Below are positions 11,187 to 22,704 of a DNA stretch of 64,000 bases, one piece after another (positions within the stretch are counted from its first letter, which is position 1; every line of letters starts with the position of its first letter). Origin of the DNA: Thiomonas intermedia (lineage in GTDB: Bacteria; Pseudomonadota; Gammaproteobacteria; Burkholderiales; Burkholderiaceae_C); the NCBI GenBank assembly GCA_020722545.1, contig DYKQ01000004.1:833-64832 (forward strand), given 5' to 3'. Below the pieces are notes generated by a model that was not told the DNA's origin, searched no databases, and saw only the letters and a program-made list of their open reading frames with translations. The position numbers were made by a program, and so were the translations under genes.

Positions 11187-12511
11187 GTCGGCCATTCGGA
11201 CAAAGCACGGGGCAGGAAAGCTGCTTTCACGGCCGTCATCTGCAGCCGCAGATCCTCGCCGGGCTGAACGGCGACAACTGGGCGCTTGAAGGCTATTTGC
11301 AGCGCGACGGCTATCAGGCGCTGCGCAAGATACTCACCGAGGGCTGGACGCCCGAGCAGGTCATCGCCGAAGTCAAGGCCTCCGCGTTGCGCGGGCGAGG
11401 CGGCGCCGGATTTCCCACCGGGCTGAAGTGGAGTTTCATGCCGCGTCAGTTTCCGGGGCAGAAATATCTGGTGTGCAATTCCGACGAAGGCGAGCCGGGC
11501 ACCTTCAAAGACCGCGACATTCTGCGCTTCAACCCGCATGCCGTCATCGAAGGCATGACCATCGCCGCTTTCGCCATGGGCATCACTGTGGGCTACAACT
11601 ACATCCACGGCGAGATTTTCGAGGTTTACGAGCGCTTCGAAGAAGCGTTGCGCCAGGCGCGTGCTGCTGGCTATCTGGGCGACAACATCCTGGGCGGCAA
11701 CTTCAGCTTCCAGTTGCATGCCGCGCACGGTTTTGGCGCCTACATTTGCGGCGAGGAAACCGCGCTGCTCGAATCGCTCGAGGGCAAGAAGGGTCAGCCG
11801 CGCTTCAAGCCGCCTTTCCCCGCGAGTTTCGGCCTGTATGGCAAGCCCACCACGATCAACAACACCGAAACCTTCGCGGCAGTGCCCTGGATCATCCGCA
11901 ACGGCGGCCAGGCTTATCTTGAGGTGGGCAAGCCCAACAACGGCGGCACCAAGATTTACTCGGTCTCGGGCGACGTGGCGCTGCCGGGCAACTACGAAGT
12001 GCCCATGGGCACGCCTTTTGCCAAACTGCTTGAGCTCGCTGGGGGCATGCGCGAAGGGCGCGAGCTCAAGGCTGTGATTCCCGGCGGATCGTCCGCGCCG
12101 GTGCTGCCCGCCAGCATCATGATGGACTGCACCATGGATTACGACTCCATCGCCAAGGCGGGTTCCATGCTGGGTTCGGGCGCGGTGATTGTGCTCAACG
12201 ATACCCGCTGCATGGTCAAGTCGCTGATGCGTCTGTCCTACTTCTATCAGCATGAGTCCTGCGGGCAGTGCACGCCGTGTCGCGAAGGCACGGGTTGGCT
12301 GTACCGCGTCGTGCACCGCATCGAAAACGGCCAGGGACGGATGGAAGACCTCGACCTGCTCAATTCCGTATCCGACAACATCGCCGGGCGCACCATTTGC
12401 GCGCTGGGCGATGCGGCGGCCATGCCGGTGAAGTCGTTCGTCAAGCACTTCCGGCCTGAGTTCGAGCATCACATCACCCACAAGACCTGTCTCGTGCCAG
12501 CCTATGTTTGA
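11183..12511 (+). CDS. nuoF: NADH-quinone oxidoreductase subunit F
   Basis: [39 protein letters not shown]. Confidence 0.98.
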   Translation: MSRPFGQSTGQESCFHGRHLQPQILAGLNGDNWALEGYLQRDGYQALRKILTEGWTPEQVIAEVKASALRGRGGAGFPTGLKWSFMPRQFPGQKYLVCNSDEGEPGTFKDRDILRFNPHAVIEGMTIAAFAMGITVGYNYIHGEIFEVYERFEEALRQARAAGYLGDNILGGNFSFQLHAAHGFGAYICGEETALLESLEGKKGQPRFKPPFPASFGLYGKPTTINNTETFAAVPWIIRNGGQAYLEVGKPNNGGTKIYSVSGDVALPGNYEVPMGTPFAKLLELAGGMREGRELKAVIPGGSSAPVLPASIMMDCTMDYDSIAKAGSMLGSGAVIVLNDTRCMVKSLMRLSYFYQHESCGQCTPCREGTGWLYRVVHRIENGQGRMEDLDLLNSVSDNIAGRTICALGDAAAMPVKSFVKHFRPEFEHHITHKTCLVPAYV

Positions 12512-12549
12512 GCCGCTCTTTGTCCCGATTCTGCACAGGACGCACCATC

Positions 12550-14991
12550 ATGGTTGAACTCGAAATCGACGGTCAAAAAGTCCAGGCGCCTGAGGGCTCC
12601 ATGGTCATGGATGCGGCGACGCAACTCGGCATCTATGTGCCGCATTTCTGCTATCACCACAAGCTGACCATCGCCGCCAATTGCCGCATGTGTCTGGTCG
12701 ATGTGGAAAAGGCCCCCAAGCCGCTGCCCGCCTGCGCCACCCCGGTTGCAAAGGGCATGGTGGTTCGCACCCATTCCGAGCGTGCGCTGCAAGCGCAGAA
12801 AGGGGTGATGGAGTTCCTGCTCATCAACCATCCGCTCGATTGCCCGATCTGCGACCAGGGCGGCGAGTGCCAGTTGCAGGATCTGGCCGTGGGCTATGGC
12901 GGCTCGGCCTCGCGCTACACCGAAGAAAAGCGCGTCATCTTCCACAAAGACGCGGGCCCGCTCATCGCCATGGAAGAGATGAGCCGCTGCATCCAGTGCA
13001 CGCGCTGCGTGCGCTTCGGCCAGGAAATTGCCGGCATCATGGAACTGGGCATGGCCAACCGCGGCGAGCATTCCGAGATCATGACCTTTGTCGGCAGTAC
13101 GGTCGATTCCGAGCTGTCGGGCAATATGATCGACATCTGCCCGGTCGGCGCGCTCACCAGCAAGCCGTTCCGCTACAGCGCCCGCACTTGGGAACTGTCG
13201 CGCCGTGCGTCCATCAGCCCGCACGACAGCGTGGGCGCCAACCTCATCGTGCAGGTCAAGGGCGATCGCGTCATGCGCGTGGTGCCTCAGGAAAACGAAG
13301 CGGTCAACGAATGCTGGATCTCCGACCGCGACCGTTTCGCCTACGAAGGGCTCAACAGCGAAGAACGGTTGACCGCGCCGCAAATCCGCGAAAACGGGCA
13401 GTGGAAGCAGGTCGACTGGCAGACTGCGCTCGACTTTGCCGTACAAGGTCTGCGCCGCGCCATGGGGCAGCAGGGCGGCGCCGCGCTGGCGGCCCTGGCC
13501 GTGCCCACCAGCACAGTGGAAGAGCTGTATTTGCTGAAAAAACTGCTGACCGCACTGGGCAGCAACAGCCTGGACACTCGTCTGCGTCAGAGCGATTTTT
13601 CCGGTGACGCCAACGCAGCGGCCATCCCCTGGCTGGGCATGCCGATTGCCGACATGGGGCAGTTGCAGGCCGCTCTGTTCATCGGCAGCACCTTGCGCAA
13701 GGAGCAGCCGCTGCTGTCGGCGCGCGTGCGGCAAGCGGCCAAGGCAGGCGCCAAAATTTCCACCCTGCACGCAGCAAACGACGATTGGCTCATGCCCCTG
13801 CACGCACGCATCGCCGCTGCGCCCAGTCTATGGGTTGCCGAGCTGGCCGGGGTGGCGCGTGCCGTGGCTCAGGCCAAAGGCATCGAGGCGCCCGCGAGTC
13901 TACAGACCGTGGCGACGCCGAGTACTCAGGCTCAGGCGATCGCGGCCAGTCTGCTCGGCGGCGAACACAAGGCCATATTCCTTGGCAACTCAGCCGTGCA
14001 GCATCCGCAGGCCGCGACGCTGCGCGCCCTCGCGCAGTGGATTGCGCGTGAGGTCGGCGGCGTCTGCGGTGATCTGACCGAGGCGGGCAACACGGTGGGC
14101 GCCGCGCTGCTGGGGGTGTCGCCCCTGGCCCCGGGTCGTGATGTCGCCAAAATCATCGCCCAGCCGCCGCGCGCCATGATGCTGTTCGGCGTCGAACCGG
14201 AGGAAGACAGCGCAAACTCGGTCGCCCTGCACAAGGCGCTGGAGCAGGCCGAGTTCATCGTCTCGTTCAGCCCCTTTGTCGACGCGGCTGAAGGCTACGC
14301 GCAGGTCATGCTGCCGATCGCACCCTTTACCGAAACGGCGGGCAGCCTGGTCAATGCCGAAGGTCGGCTGCAGAGTTTCAACCCCGTCGTAAAGCCTCTG
14401 GGCGAGACGCGTCCTGGATGGAAAGTGCTGCGCGTGCTGGGCAATCTGTTCGAGCTGCAGGGCTTCGACTACCAGAGTGCTGCGGAGATTCGCGCTGAGG
14501 CCTTCGCGGGCCTGGGTGGCGTTGATCAAGGCGGCGCCGACCAGATCGCCGCCCGTCTGGCGCAATCCTCGCCCCTGGACTTGCCATCTGAGCTGCCTGC
14601 CACGGCGGCGCCCGCGATCGAGCGTTTTGCGCCGGTGCCGATCTATTCAAGCGACGCCATCGTGCGTCGCGCGCCCAGCCTGCAGCGCACGCGCGATGCG
14701 CGCAACGCCCGCATGGTGGGAGTGTCCGCCGCCTTGTGGGAGCAACTCGGCCTGCAGAACGGCGATTCGGTGCGCGTGAAGGTTGATGCGCAAAGCGTGG
14801 TGTTGCCCGCGCGTTGTGACGACGCGCTGGCTCCCACCGTGGTCAGCATCGCTGCGGCTTGGGCCGAGGCGGCGCCCTTGGGTGCGTCAGGCACGATGTT
14901 TGGCGCGGTTCAGGTCGAGCGGGTGAGCGTCGCGGCCGCCGTTCCTGCCGCCGCAGTTCCCACCGCTCTTGCAAGTCCTGAAAGGGTCTGA
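12550..14991 (+). CDS. nuoG: NADH-quinone oxidoreductase subunit G
   Basis: PHFCYH, NCRMC, HPLDCPICDQGGEC, RCIQCTRC. Confidence 0.97.
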   Translation: MVELEIDGQKVQAPEGSMVMDAATQLGIYVPHFCYHHKLTIAANCRMCLVDVEKAPKPLPACATPVAKGMVVRTHSERALQAQKGVMEFLLINHPLDCPICDQGGECQLQDLAVGYGGSASRYTEEKRVIFHKDAGPLIAMEEMSRCIQCTRCVRFGQEIAGIMELGMANRGEHSEIMTFVGSTVDSELSGNMIDICPVGALTSKPFRYSARTWELSRRASISPHDSVGANLIVQVKGDRVMRVVPQENEAVNECWISDRDRFAYEGLNSEERLTAPQIRENGQWKQVDWQTALDFAVQGLRRAMGQQGGAALAALAVPTSTVEELYLLKKLLTALGSNSLDTRLRQSDFSGDANAAAIPWLGMPIADMGQLQAALFIGSTLRKEQPLLSARVRQAAKAGAKISTLHAANDDWLMPLHARIAAAPSLWVAELAGVARAVAQAKGIEAPASLQTVATPSTQAQAIAASLLGGEHKAIFLGNSAVQHPQAATLRALAQWIAREVGGVCGDLTEAGNTVGAALLGVSPLAPGRDVAKIIAQPPRAMMLFGVEPEEDSANSVALHKALEQAEFIVSFSPFVDAAEGYAQVMLPIAPFTETAGSLVNAEGRLQSFNPVVKPLGETRPGWKVLRVLGNLFELQGFDYQSAAEIRAEAFAGLGGVDQGGADQIAARLAQSSPLDLPSELPATAAPAIERFAPVPIYSSDAIVRRAPSLQRTRDARNARMVGVSAALWEQLGLQNGDSVRVKVDAQSVVLPARCDDALAPTVVSIAAAWAEAAPLGASGTMFGAVQVERVSVAAAVPAAAVPTALASPERV

Positions 14992-15087
14992 GATGAAAGA
15001 CTCGCGGCCCTCACAATGTACGCAAAGTTTTCCCTCTCCCAAGGGGAATGAAGCGCGCCTGGCGCGATCCTATGCATCCTGCTGACC

Positions 15088-16149
15088 ATGCTCGAATCCT
15101 TCAACCAAGGCGGACTTTCCCTGCTCGGGCCGATTGCCTGGCCGATCATCTGGAACCTGATCAAGATCATCGTCATCGTCGCGCCGCTGATGGGCGCCGT
15201 GGCGTATCTCACGCTCTGGGAGCGCAAGCTGATCGGCTGGATTCAGATCCGCATCGGCCCCAACCGCGTCGGCCCGTTCGGTTTGCTGCAGCCCATTGCG
15301 GATGGCCTCAAGCTGCTGTTCAAGGAAATCGTCATCCCGTTCCGCTCGAACAAACGTCTGTTCCTGCTGGGGCCGGTGATGACCATCATGCCGGCCTTGG
15401 CCGCCTGGGCGGTCATTCCCTTCGGTCCGGACGTCGCGCTCGCCAATGTGAACGCCGGACTGCTCCTGCTGCTGGCGCTCACCTCGCTTGAGGTCTATGG
15501 CGTGATCATCGCGGGCTGGGCGTCGAACTCCAAATACGCCTTCCTGGGCGCCATGCGCGCTTCGGCGCAGATGGTGAGCTACGAGATCGCGATGGGTTTT
15601 GCCATGGTCATCGTGCTCATGGTGTCCGGCAGTCTGAACATGACCGAAATCGTGATGGGGCAGACCCACGGCGCCTTCGCCTCCATGGGCCTGAACTTCC
15701 TGTCCTGGAACTGGCTGCCGCTGCTGCCCATTTTTGTGGTCTATTTCATTGCCGGTGTGGCCGAGACCAATCGCGCGCCGTTTGACGTGGTGGAAGGCGA
15801 ATCGGAAATCGTTGCCGGCCATATGATCGAGTATTCGGGCATGGCCTTCGCCATGTTCTTCCTGGCCGAATACGCCAACATGATCCTGATCTCCATCCTC
15901 ACCACGGTCATGTTCCTGGGGGGATGGGATGCGCCGGCGGCCTTCCTCGGTTTCATTCCGGGATGGATCTGGCTGGGCATCAAGACCTTCGTCGTGGTCA
16001 GCATGTTTCTCTGGCTGCGGGCCACTTTCCCGCGCTATCGCTACGACCAGATCATGCGCCTGGGCTGGAAGATTTTCATTCCCGTCACCCTCATCTGGCT
16101 CGTCGTCGTGGCCGCCTGGATGCAAACCCCCTGGAATATCTGGAAGTGA
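15088..16149 (+). CDS. nuoH: NADH-quinone oxidoreductase subunit H
   Basis: [34 protein letters not shown]. Confidence 0.98.
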   Translation: MLESFNQGGLSLLGPIAWPIIWNLIKIIVIVAPLMGAVAYLTLWERKLIGWIQIRIGPNRVGPFGLLQPIADGLKLLFKEIVIPFRSNKRLFLLGPVMTIMPALAAWAVIPFGPDVALANVNAGLLLLLALTSLEVYGVIIAGWASNSKYAFLGAMRASAQMVSYEIAMGFAMVIVLMVSGSLNMTEIVMGQTHGAFASMGLNFLSWNWLPLLPIFVVYFIAGVAETNRAPFDVVEGESEIVAGHMIEYSGMAFAMFFLAEYANMILISILTTVMFLGGWDAPAAFLGFIPGWIWLGIKTFVVVSMFLWLRATFPRYRYDQIMRLGWKIFIPVTLIWLVVVAAWMQTPWNIWK

Positions 16150-16158
16150 GGCAGAACC

Positions 16159-16647
16159 ATGGCCGCTTTGCGTGACACCTTCAACAGCTTTTTTCTGGTC
16201 GAACTCTTCAAGGGTCTGGCGCTGACGGGCAAGTACGCCTTCAAGAGCAAGATCACGGTGCAGTATCCCGAAGAGAAGACGCCGCTGTCGCCGCGTTTTC
16301 GTGGCCTGCATGCGCTGCGCCGCTATCCCAATGGCGAAGAGCGTTGCATCGCCTGCAAGCTGTGCGAGGCGGTGTGCCCGGCGATGGCCATCACCATCGA
16401 ATCGGAGCAGCGCGAAGACGGCACCCGTCGTACCACCCGCTACGACATCGATCTGACCAAGTGCATTTTCTGCGGTCTGTGCGAAGAAAGCTGCCCGGTC
16501 GACTCCATCGTCGAAACCTCAATTTTTGAATACCACGGTGAAAAGCGTGGCGATCTCTATTTCACCAAAGAGATGCTGCTGGCCGTGGGCGACCGCTACG
16601 AAAAAGACATCGCCGCCACCAAGGAGGCCGACGCCCCATACCGCTGA
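16159..16647 (+). CDS. nuoI: NADH-quinone oxidoreductase subunit I
   Basis: Two CxxCxxCxxxCP ferredoxin motifs. Confidence 0.98.
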   Translation: MAALRDTFNSFFLVELFKGLALTGKYAFKSKITVQYPEEKTPLSPRFRGLHALRRYPNGEERCIACKLCEAVCPAMAITIESEQREDGTRRTTRYDIDLTKCIFCGLCEESCPVDSIVETSIFEYHGEKRGDLYFTKEMLLAVGDRYEKDIAATKEADAPYR

Positions 16648-16745
16648 TCGCTAAAGCCCGCCGCAAGGCATGGGCGGACTCTGGCGATTGTCCCCACTGT
16701 TTCTAGGCCGACGGCTTGCGCTGCGGCAAGGCCCTCGTTGTGACC

Positions 16746-17375
16746 ATGGACGTTCAAACCATCCTGTTCTACCTGTTCTCCGCCGTGCTGCTGTTTGCAG
16801 CGCTGCGAGTGATCATGGCGCGTAACCCGGTGCACTCCGCGCTTTATCTGATGCTGGCGTTTTTCCAGATGTCGGCCATCTGGCTGCTGCTGCGCGCCGA
16901 GTTTCTCGCCATCGTGCTGGTGCTGGTGTACGTCGGCGCGGTGATGGTGCTTTTCCTCTTTGTGGTGATGATGCTCGACATCAACCTCGACAGCATTCGC
17001 AAGGGGTTCTGGCGCTACTTTCCAGTCGCAGCGCTGGTGGGCGTGCTCATCGTGCTGGAAATGGCCGCCGTGCTGATGCAGGGCTTCCAGATTGGCGGCA
17101 TGACGCGCGCTGCGCAGGTGGGGGCAGCGGCCTCTGCCGACAATCCGCTCACCCATCTGTCCAACACCCGCGCGCTCGGCGTGGTGCTGTATTCGCAATA
17201 CCTGTTCGCGGTGGAAATTGCGGCGGTCATTTTGCTCGTGGCCATCATCGCGGCCATCGCGCTGACCCTGCGCAAGCGCAAGGACGTGCGGCATATGCCG
17301 GCTTCCGAGCAGATCAAGGCCCGCCGTGCAGACCGCGTGCGGCTGGTGTCCATGCCCGCCCAACCCAAGGAGTAA
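16746..17375 (+). CDS. nuoJ: NADH-quinone oxidoreductase subunit J
   Basis: NPVHSAL, AEFLAIVLVLVYVGAVMVLFLFVVMM. Confidence 0.96.
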   Translation: MDVQTILFYLFSAVLLFAALRVIMARNPVHSALYLMLAFFQMSAIWLLLRAEFLAIVLVLVYVGAVMVLFLFVVMMLDINLDSIRKGFWRYFPVAALVGVLIVLEMAAVLMQGFQIGGMTRAAQVGAAASADNPLTHLSNTRALGVVLYSQYLFAVEIAAVILLVAIIAAIALTLRKRKDVRHMPASEQIKARRADRVRLVSMPAQPKE

Positions 17376-17378
17376 GCC

Positions 17379-17693
17379 ATGCTCGGTTCACTCACCCTGG
17401 CGCATTACCTGGTGCTCGGCGCCATTTTGTTTGCCATCTCGGTCGTCGGCATATTTCTCAACCGCCGCAACCTCATCGTCATCCTCATGGCCATCGAGCT
17501 CATGCTGCTGGCGGTGAACCTGAATTTCATCGCCTTCTCGCACTACCTGCAGGATTTTGGCGGACAGGTGTTCGTGTTCTTCATCCTCACCGTCGCTGCG
17601 GCGGAGTCGGCCATCGGTCTGGCCATTCTGGTGGTGCTGTTCCGCAACCTCAACACCATCGACGTCGAAGAACTCGACCAACTCAAGGGCTGA
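17379..17693 (+). CDS. nuoK: NADH-quinone oxidoreductase subunit K
   Basis: [20 protein letters not shown]. Confidence 0.97.
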   Translation: MLGSLTLAHYLVLGAILFAISVVGIFLNRRNLIVILMAIELMLLAVNLNFIAFSHYLQDFGGQVFVFFILTVAAAESAIGLAILVVLFRNLNTIDVEELDQLKG

Positions 17694-17696
17694 TCG

Positions 17697-19709
17697 ATGC
17701 AAGCCACGCTGAATCCCACCTTGCTGCTGGTCATCGCACTGGCGCCTCTCGTCTCGTCCATCATCGTCGGCCTGTTCGGTCGAAGCATCGGCCGATCAGC
17801 TTCGCACTGGCTGACCACGCTCTCGGTCGGGTTATCTTTCGCGCTATCGCTCGTCGTCCTCAACGACGTCATCAACGGCGCCCGCTTCAACGCCACGATT
17901 TATGAGTGGATGGTGGCGGGCAAGCTGCACATGGAAGTCGGTTTCATGATCGACGGCCTGTCGGCGCTGATGATGGCCGTCGTCACTTTCGTCTCGCTCG
18001 CGGTGCACATCTACACCATCGGCTACATGGCCGATGACGACGGCTACCAGCGCTTTTTCAGCTACATCTCCTTGTTCACCTTCTCCATGCTGATGCTGGT
18101 GATGAGCAACAACATGCTGCAGCTGTTTTTCGGCTGGGAGGCGGTGGGCCTGGTGTCTTATCTGCTGATCGGCTTCTGGTACACGCGGCCCACGGCGGTA
18201 TTCGCCAATATGAAGGCCTTCATCGTCAACCGCGTGGGCGACTTCGGCTTCATTCTGGGCATTGGCCTGCTGGCGGCCTACACCGGCAGCCTGAACTACA
18301 CCGAAATTTTCGCCAAAGGGCCGGAGCTGGCGCTGTTGCATCTGCCGGGCACCGACTGGATGCTGATCACCGTGGCGTGCATCTCTCTGTTCATCGGCGC
18401 CATGGGCAAGAGCGCGCAGTTCCCGCTGCATGTCTGGCTGCCCGATTCGATGGAAGGCCCGACGCCGATCTCGGCGCTCATTCACGCCGCCACCATGGTG
18501 ACGGCGGGCATCTTCATGGTGGCGCGCATGTCGCCGCTGTTCGAACTGTCGAATACCGCGCTGTCCTTCATTCTGGTCATCGGCGCCATCACCGCGCTGT
18601 TCATGGGCATCCTGGGCGTGGTGCAAACCGACATCAAGCGGGTCATCGCCTACTCCACGCTGTCGCAGCTCGGCTATATGACCGTGGCGCTGGGGGCTTC
18701 GGCCTACTCGGTGGCGATTTTCCACCTGATGACCCATGCGTTCTTCAAGGCTTTGCTGTTCCTCGCAGCGGGCTCGGTGATCATCGGCATGCACCATGAC
18801 CAGGACATGCGCCATATGGGCGGTCTGCGCAAATACATGCCCATCACCTGGATCACCTTCCTGATCGGCGGTCTGGCGCTCAGCGGCATTCCGCCGTTTG
18901 CCGGCTTTTTCTCGAAGGACAGCATCATCGAGGCGGTGCATGCCAGCGATCTGCCAGGATCGGGTTTCGCCTATTTTGCTGTGGTGTCCAGCGTGTTCGT
19001 CACCGCGCTCTACACCTTCCGCATGTATTTCATGGTGTTCCATGGCGAAGAGCGCTTCCGGCATGTGGCGCACGATGCGCATGACCATGGGCACGCTGGC
19101 GCTCACGAGCCGCACGAGTCGCCGTGGGTGGTGACGGCGCCGCTCATCATGCTGGCCATTCCGTCCGTCCTCGCGGGCTATCTTTTCATTCAGCCGCTGC
19201 TGTACGGGCATTTTTTCGGGAACTCGATTTTTGTCAACGCGGCGGACCATCCGGCCATGCGCGATCTCGCTGAGCACTGGCATGGCCAGATTCAGATGAT
19301 GATTCACAGCTTGTCTTCGATGCCGCTGTGGCTGGCGCTCGCCGGCATTGCCACGGCCTACTACGGCTATATGGTGAACCTGCGCTTCCCGCAGGCCGTC
19401 AGCCGCATGCTGGGGCCGATCTATACCGTGCTCGAAAACAATTACTTCTTCGACTGGTTCAACGAGCATGTGCTGTCCGCAGCGGTACGGTTGGTGGGCA
19501 AGGGACTGTGGAAAGGCGGTGATGTGGGCCTGATCGACGGACTGCTGGTCAACGGTACAGCGCGCGTGGTCGGGTGGACGGCGCGGGTGGTGCGCCTGCT
19601 GCAGACCGGCTACATCTATTACTACGCCCTGGCGATGATTGCCGGCGTGGTGGTGTTCATGGGCTATTTTGTTCCGGGCAAGCTGTTGTCCGGCTGGTTC
19701 ATCCGATAA
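17697..19709 (+). CDS. nuoL: NADH-quinone oxidoreductase subunit L
   Basis: GKSAQFPLHVWLPDSMEGPTPISALIHAATMV. Confidence 0.98.
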   Translation: MQATLNPTLLLVIALAPLVSSIIVGLFGRSIGRSASHWLTTLSVGLSFALSLVVLNDVINGARFNATIYEWMVAGKLHMEVGFMIDGLSALMMAVVTFVSLAVHIYTIGYMADDDGYQRFFSYISLFTFSMLMLVMSNNMLQLFFGWEAVGLVSYLLIGFWYTRPTAVFANMKAFIVNRVGDFGFILGIGLLAAYTGSLNYTEIFAKGPELALLHLPGTDWMLITVACISLFIGAMGKSAQFPLHVWLPDSMEGPTPISALIHAATMVTAGIFMVARMSPLFELSNTALSFILVIGAITALFMGILGVVQTDIKRVIAYSTLSQLGYMTVALGASAYSVAIFHLMTHAFFKALLFLAAGSVIIGMHHDQDMRHMGGLRKYMPITWITFLIGGLALSGIPPFAGFFSKDSIIEAVHASDLPGSGFAYFAVVSSVFVTALYTFRMYFMVFHGEERFRHVAHDAHDHGHAGAHEPHESPWVVTAPLIMLAIPSVLAGYLFIQPLLYGHFFGNSIFVNAADHPAMRDLAEHWHGQIQMMIHSLSSMPLWLALAGIATAYYGYMVNLRFPQAVSRMLGPIYTVLENNYFFDWFNEHVLSAAVRLVGKGLWKGGDVGLIDGLLVNGTARVVGWTARVVRLLQTGYIYYYALAMIAGVVVFMGYFVPGKLLSGWFIR

Positions 19710-19729
19710 CAGCGAAGCGCGATACAAGC

Positions 19730-21214
19730 ATGCAATCTCTCCCCTTGCTCAGTCTGTCCATCTGGATTCCCATCGCCTTCGGTGTCGTGCTGCTCTTTGT
19801 TCAGGGCGATCAGCGCGCTGGCGCGGCGCGCTGGCTGGCGCTGATCGGCTCGCTGATCTCCTTTCTCATCACCCTGCCGCTGATCACCGGCTTCGACAAC
19901 GCCCAGGCGGGCATGCAGTTTGTCGAGTCCGTGCCGTGGATTCGGCCGTTCAACATCAATTACGCGCTGGGCATTGACGGCGTGTCGCTGTGGTTCGTGC
20001 CGCTGACCGCTTTGATGACCGTGATCGTGATCATCAGCGCCTGGGAGGTCATCAAAGACCGCGTCAGCCTTTATCTCGGCGCTTTTCTCATTCTGTCGGG
20101 CCTGATGATCGGGGTGTTCGCCGCGACCGATGCCCTGCTGTTCTATGTGTTCTTCGAGGCCACGCTCATTCCGATGTATCTGATCATCGGCATCTGGGGC
20201 GGGCCGCGGCGGGTGTATGCCGCCTTCAAGTTCTTCCTCTACACCCTGGCTGGTTCGCTGCTCATGCTGGTGGCGCTGATCTATCTCTATCTGCAATCGG
20301 GCGGAAGTTTCGACATCGCCAACTGGTACCACGTGCCGCTGTCGATGACAGCGCAGATTTTCATTTTCATCGCGTTCTTCTTCGCTTTCGCGGTGAAGAT
20401 TCCGATGTGGCCGGTGCACACCTGGCTGCCCGATGCGCACGTCGAAGCGCCCACCGGCGGCTCGGTGATTCTGGCGGCCATCATGCTCAAGCTCGGCGCC
20501 TACGGTTTCATCCGCTTCTCCCTGCCCATGCTGCCAGACGCCAGCCATGCGCTCGCGCCGGTCATGATCGCGCTGTCGCTGATTGCGGTGATCTATATCG
20601 GCTTCGTGGCGCTTGCGCAGGCTGATATGAAAAAGCTGGTGGCGTATTCATCCATCGCGCACATGGGGTTTGTCACTCTGGGCTTTTTCCTGTTCTCCGA
20701 CCTGGGTGTGCAGGGCGGGCTGGTGCAGATGATTTCGCACGGCTTCATTTCCGGCGCCATGTTTCTGACCATCGGGGTGCTGTATGACCGCATGCACACC
20801 CGCCAGATTGCCGACTACGGCGGAGTGACCAACACCATGCCCAAGTTCGCCGCTCTGGCTGTGCTGTTCGGCATGGCCAACGCCGGACTGCCCGGCACCA
20901 GCGGTTTCGTTGGGGAGTGGATGGTGATTCTGGCCGCGGTGAAATTCAATTTCTGGATCGGCCTGCTGGCCGCGACCACGCTCATTCTGGCCGCGAGCTA
21001 CACCTTGTGGATGATCAAGCGCGTGTTCTTCGGTCCGATAGGCAATGCCCACGTTGCGGCCCTCAAGGACATCGGCGCCCGTGAATTCTTCATGCTCGCC
21101 GTGCTGGTCGGCGCGGTGCTGTGGATGGGCGTGTATCCCAAATTCTTCACCGATCCGATGCAGGCTTCGGTGCAACATCTGCTGCAGTTTGCGGCATCTT
21201 CCAAATTGCAGTGA
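19730..21214 (+). CDS. nuoM: NADH-quinone oxidoreductase subunit M
   Basis: HTWLPDAHVEAPTGGSV, KKLVAYSSIAHMG. Confidence 0.97.
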   Translation: MQSLPLLSLSIWIPIAFGVVLLFVQGDQRAGAARWLALIGSLISFLITLPLITGFDNAQAGMQFVESVPWIRPFNINYALGIDGVSLWFVPLTALMTVIVIISAWEVIKDRVSLYLGAFLILSGLMIGVFAATDALLFYVFFEATLIPMYLIIGIWGGPRRVYAAFKFFLYTLAGSLLMLVALIYLYLQSGGSFDIANWYHVPLSMTAQIFIFIAFFFAFAVKIPMWPVHTWLPDAHVEAPTGGSVILAAIMLKLGAYGFIRFSLPMLPDASHALAPVMIALSLIAVIYIGFVALAQADMKKLVAYSSIAHMGFVTLGFFLFSDLGVQGGLVQMISHGFISGAMFLTIGVLYDRMHTRQIADYGGVTNTMPKFAALAVLFGMANAGLPGTSGFVGEWMVILAAVKFNFWIGLLAATTLILAASYTLWMIKRVFFGPIGNAHVAALKDIGAREFFMLAVLVGAVLWMGVYPKFFTDPMQASVQHLLQFAASSKLQ

Positions 21215-21225
21215 CAACAACCGCC

Positions 21226-22692
21226 ATGAACTGGATCGCCATTTATCCGGAAATTCTCCTGCTCGTGCTGGCCTGCGTGGTCATGCTCGTCGACCTGTTT
21301 GTGAAAGATGCGCAGCACCGTGTGAGCTATTGGCTGACGCTGCTGGGACTGGTGGGCATCGGCGTGCTGTGCGGGCTTTACTACGCCTCCGGCATGCAGC
21401 AATTCGCCATGGCGCGCGCGCTCATCGTCGATCCGATGGCGATGCTGCTCAAGCTTTTCACGGTTATCGCCACCATCGCCACCTTGGTGTATTCACGACG
21501 CTACGCGCTTGATCGCGACATGTGGGGCGGTGAGTTGTTCAGCCTGGTGCTGCTGTCCCTGCTCGGGCAGTTCATCATGATCTCGGGCAACAACCTGCTG
21601 ACCATCTACCTCGGGCTGGAGCTGCTGTCGCTGGCGCTCTACGCCCTGGTCGCGCTGCGCCGCGATCACACTCTGTCCACCGAGGCGGCGATGAAATATT
21701 TCGTCCTGGGCGCGCTGGCTTCGGGTTTCCTGCTCTACGGCATGTCCATGCTGTATGGCGCCACCGGTTCGCTCGATCTGGTCACGATCTTCCGCATGAT
21801 CGCGGTCGAGCCGATCAACCGCGCCGTGCTCGTGCTCGGGGTGGTGTTCATCGTTGCAGGTCTGGCGTTCAAGCTCGGGGCCGTGCCTTTCCACATGTGG
21901 ATTCCCGACGTCTATCAGGGCGCGCCCACGGCTGTGGTGCTGATGGTGGGCGCGGCGCCCAAATTTGCTGCTTTTGCCATGGCCATCCGTCTGTTGGTGG
22001 AGGGCATGTTCCCGCTGGCGATGGACTGGCAGGGCATGCTGGTGGTGCTGGCGGTGCTGTCCATCGGCCTGGGCAACCTGGCCGCCATTGCGCAGACCAA
22101 CCTCAAGCGCATGCTGGCGTATTCCACCATCGCCCAGATCGGTTTCGTGCTGCTGGCGCTGCTGTCGGGCATGCTCAACGGCAACGGGCTCTCCGCCTCC
22201 ACCGCCTATAGCGGCGCCATGTTCTACATGGTCATTTACGTGCTCACCACGCTGGGCACCTTCGGCGTGATCCTGCTGCTGGCGCGCGAGGGCTTCGAGG
22301 CCGAAGACATCCGCGATTTCGCCGGCCTGGCCAAGACTGACCCCTGGATGGCAGGTGTCATGAGCTTTCTTTTATTCTCTCTGGCTGGAATTCCGCCGTT
22401 CGCCGGTTTTTACGCCAAGCTCGAAGTGCTCACCATTCTGCTCAATACCGGGCGGGTCTGGCTGGTGGTATACGCGCTCATCCTCTCGGTCATCGGTGCG
22501 TATTACTACATTCGTGTGATCAAGGTGATGTATTTTGATGCACCCACGGCGCTTTCGGCCTCGCGCGCAAGTGGAGCGGGCGGAGCGCGTGCTCTGCTGT
22601 CGCTCAATGGTCTGGCGGTTTTATTTCTTGGGTTGATGCCCGGTGGTTTGATGACCCTGTGTTATCAGGCCATCGCCAACACCCTGCACTGA
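21226..22692 (+). CDS. nuoN: NADH-quinone oxidoreductase subunit N
   Basis: EAAMKYFVLG, PFHMWIPDVYQGAP, KRMLAYSTI. Confidence 0.97.
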   Translation: MNWIAIYPEILLLVLACVVMLVDLFVKDAQHRVSYWLTLLGLVGIGVLCGLYYASGMQQFAMARALIVDPMAMLLKLFTVIATIATLVYSRRYALDRDMWGGELFSLVLLSLLGQFIMISGNNLLTIYLGLELLSLALYALVALRRDHTLSTEAAMKYFVLGALASGFLLYGMSMLYGATGSLDLVTIFRMIAVEPINRAVLVLGVVFIVAGLAFKLGAVPFHMWIPDVYQGAPTAVVLMVGAAPKFAAFAMAIRLLVEGMFPLAMDWQGMLVVLAVLSIGLGNLAAIAQTNLKRMLAYSTIAQIGFVLLALLSGMLNGNGLSASTAYSGAMFYMVIYVLTTLGTFGVILLLAREGFEAEDIRDFAGLAKTDPWMAGVMSFLLFSLAGIPPFAGFYAKLEVLTILLNTGRVWLVVYALILSVIGAYYYIRVIKVMYFDAPTALSASRASGAGGARALLSLNGLAVLFLGLMPGGLMTLCYQAIANTLH

Positions 22693-22704
22693 AAGCGTTT
22701 CCCT

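Noticed and set aside
15031-15047. CCCTCTCCCAAGGGGA resembling a REP/BoxC-type repeat between nuoG and nuoH
   Set aside because: Too short, single copy, and lacks the complementary arm
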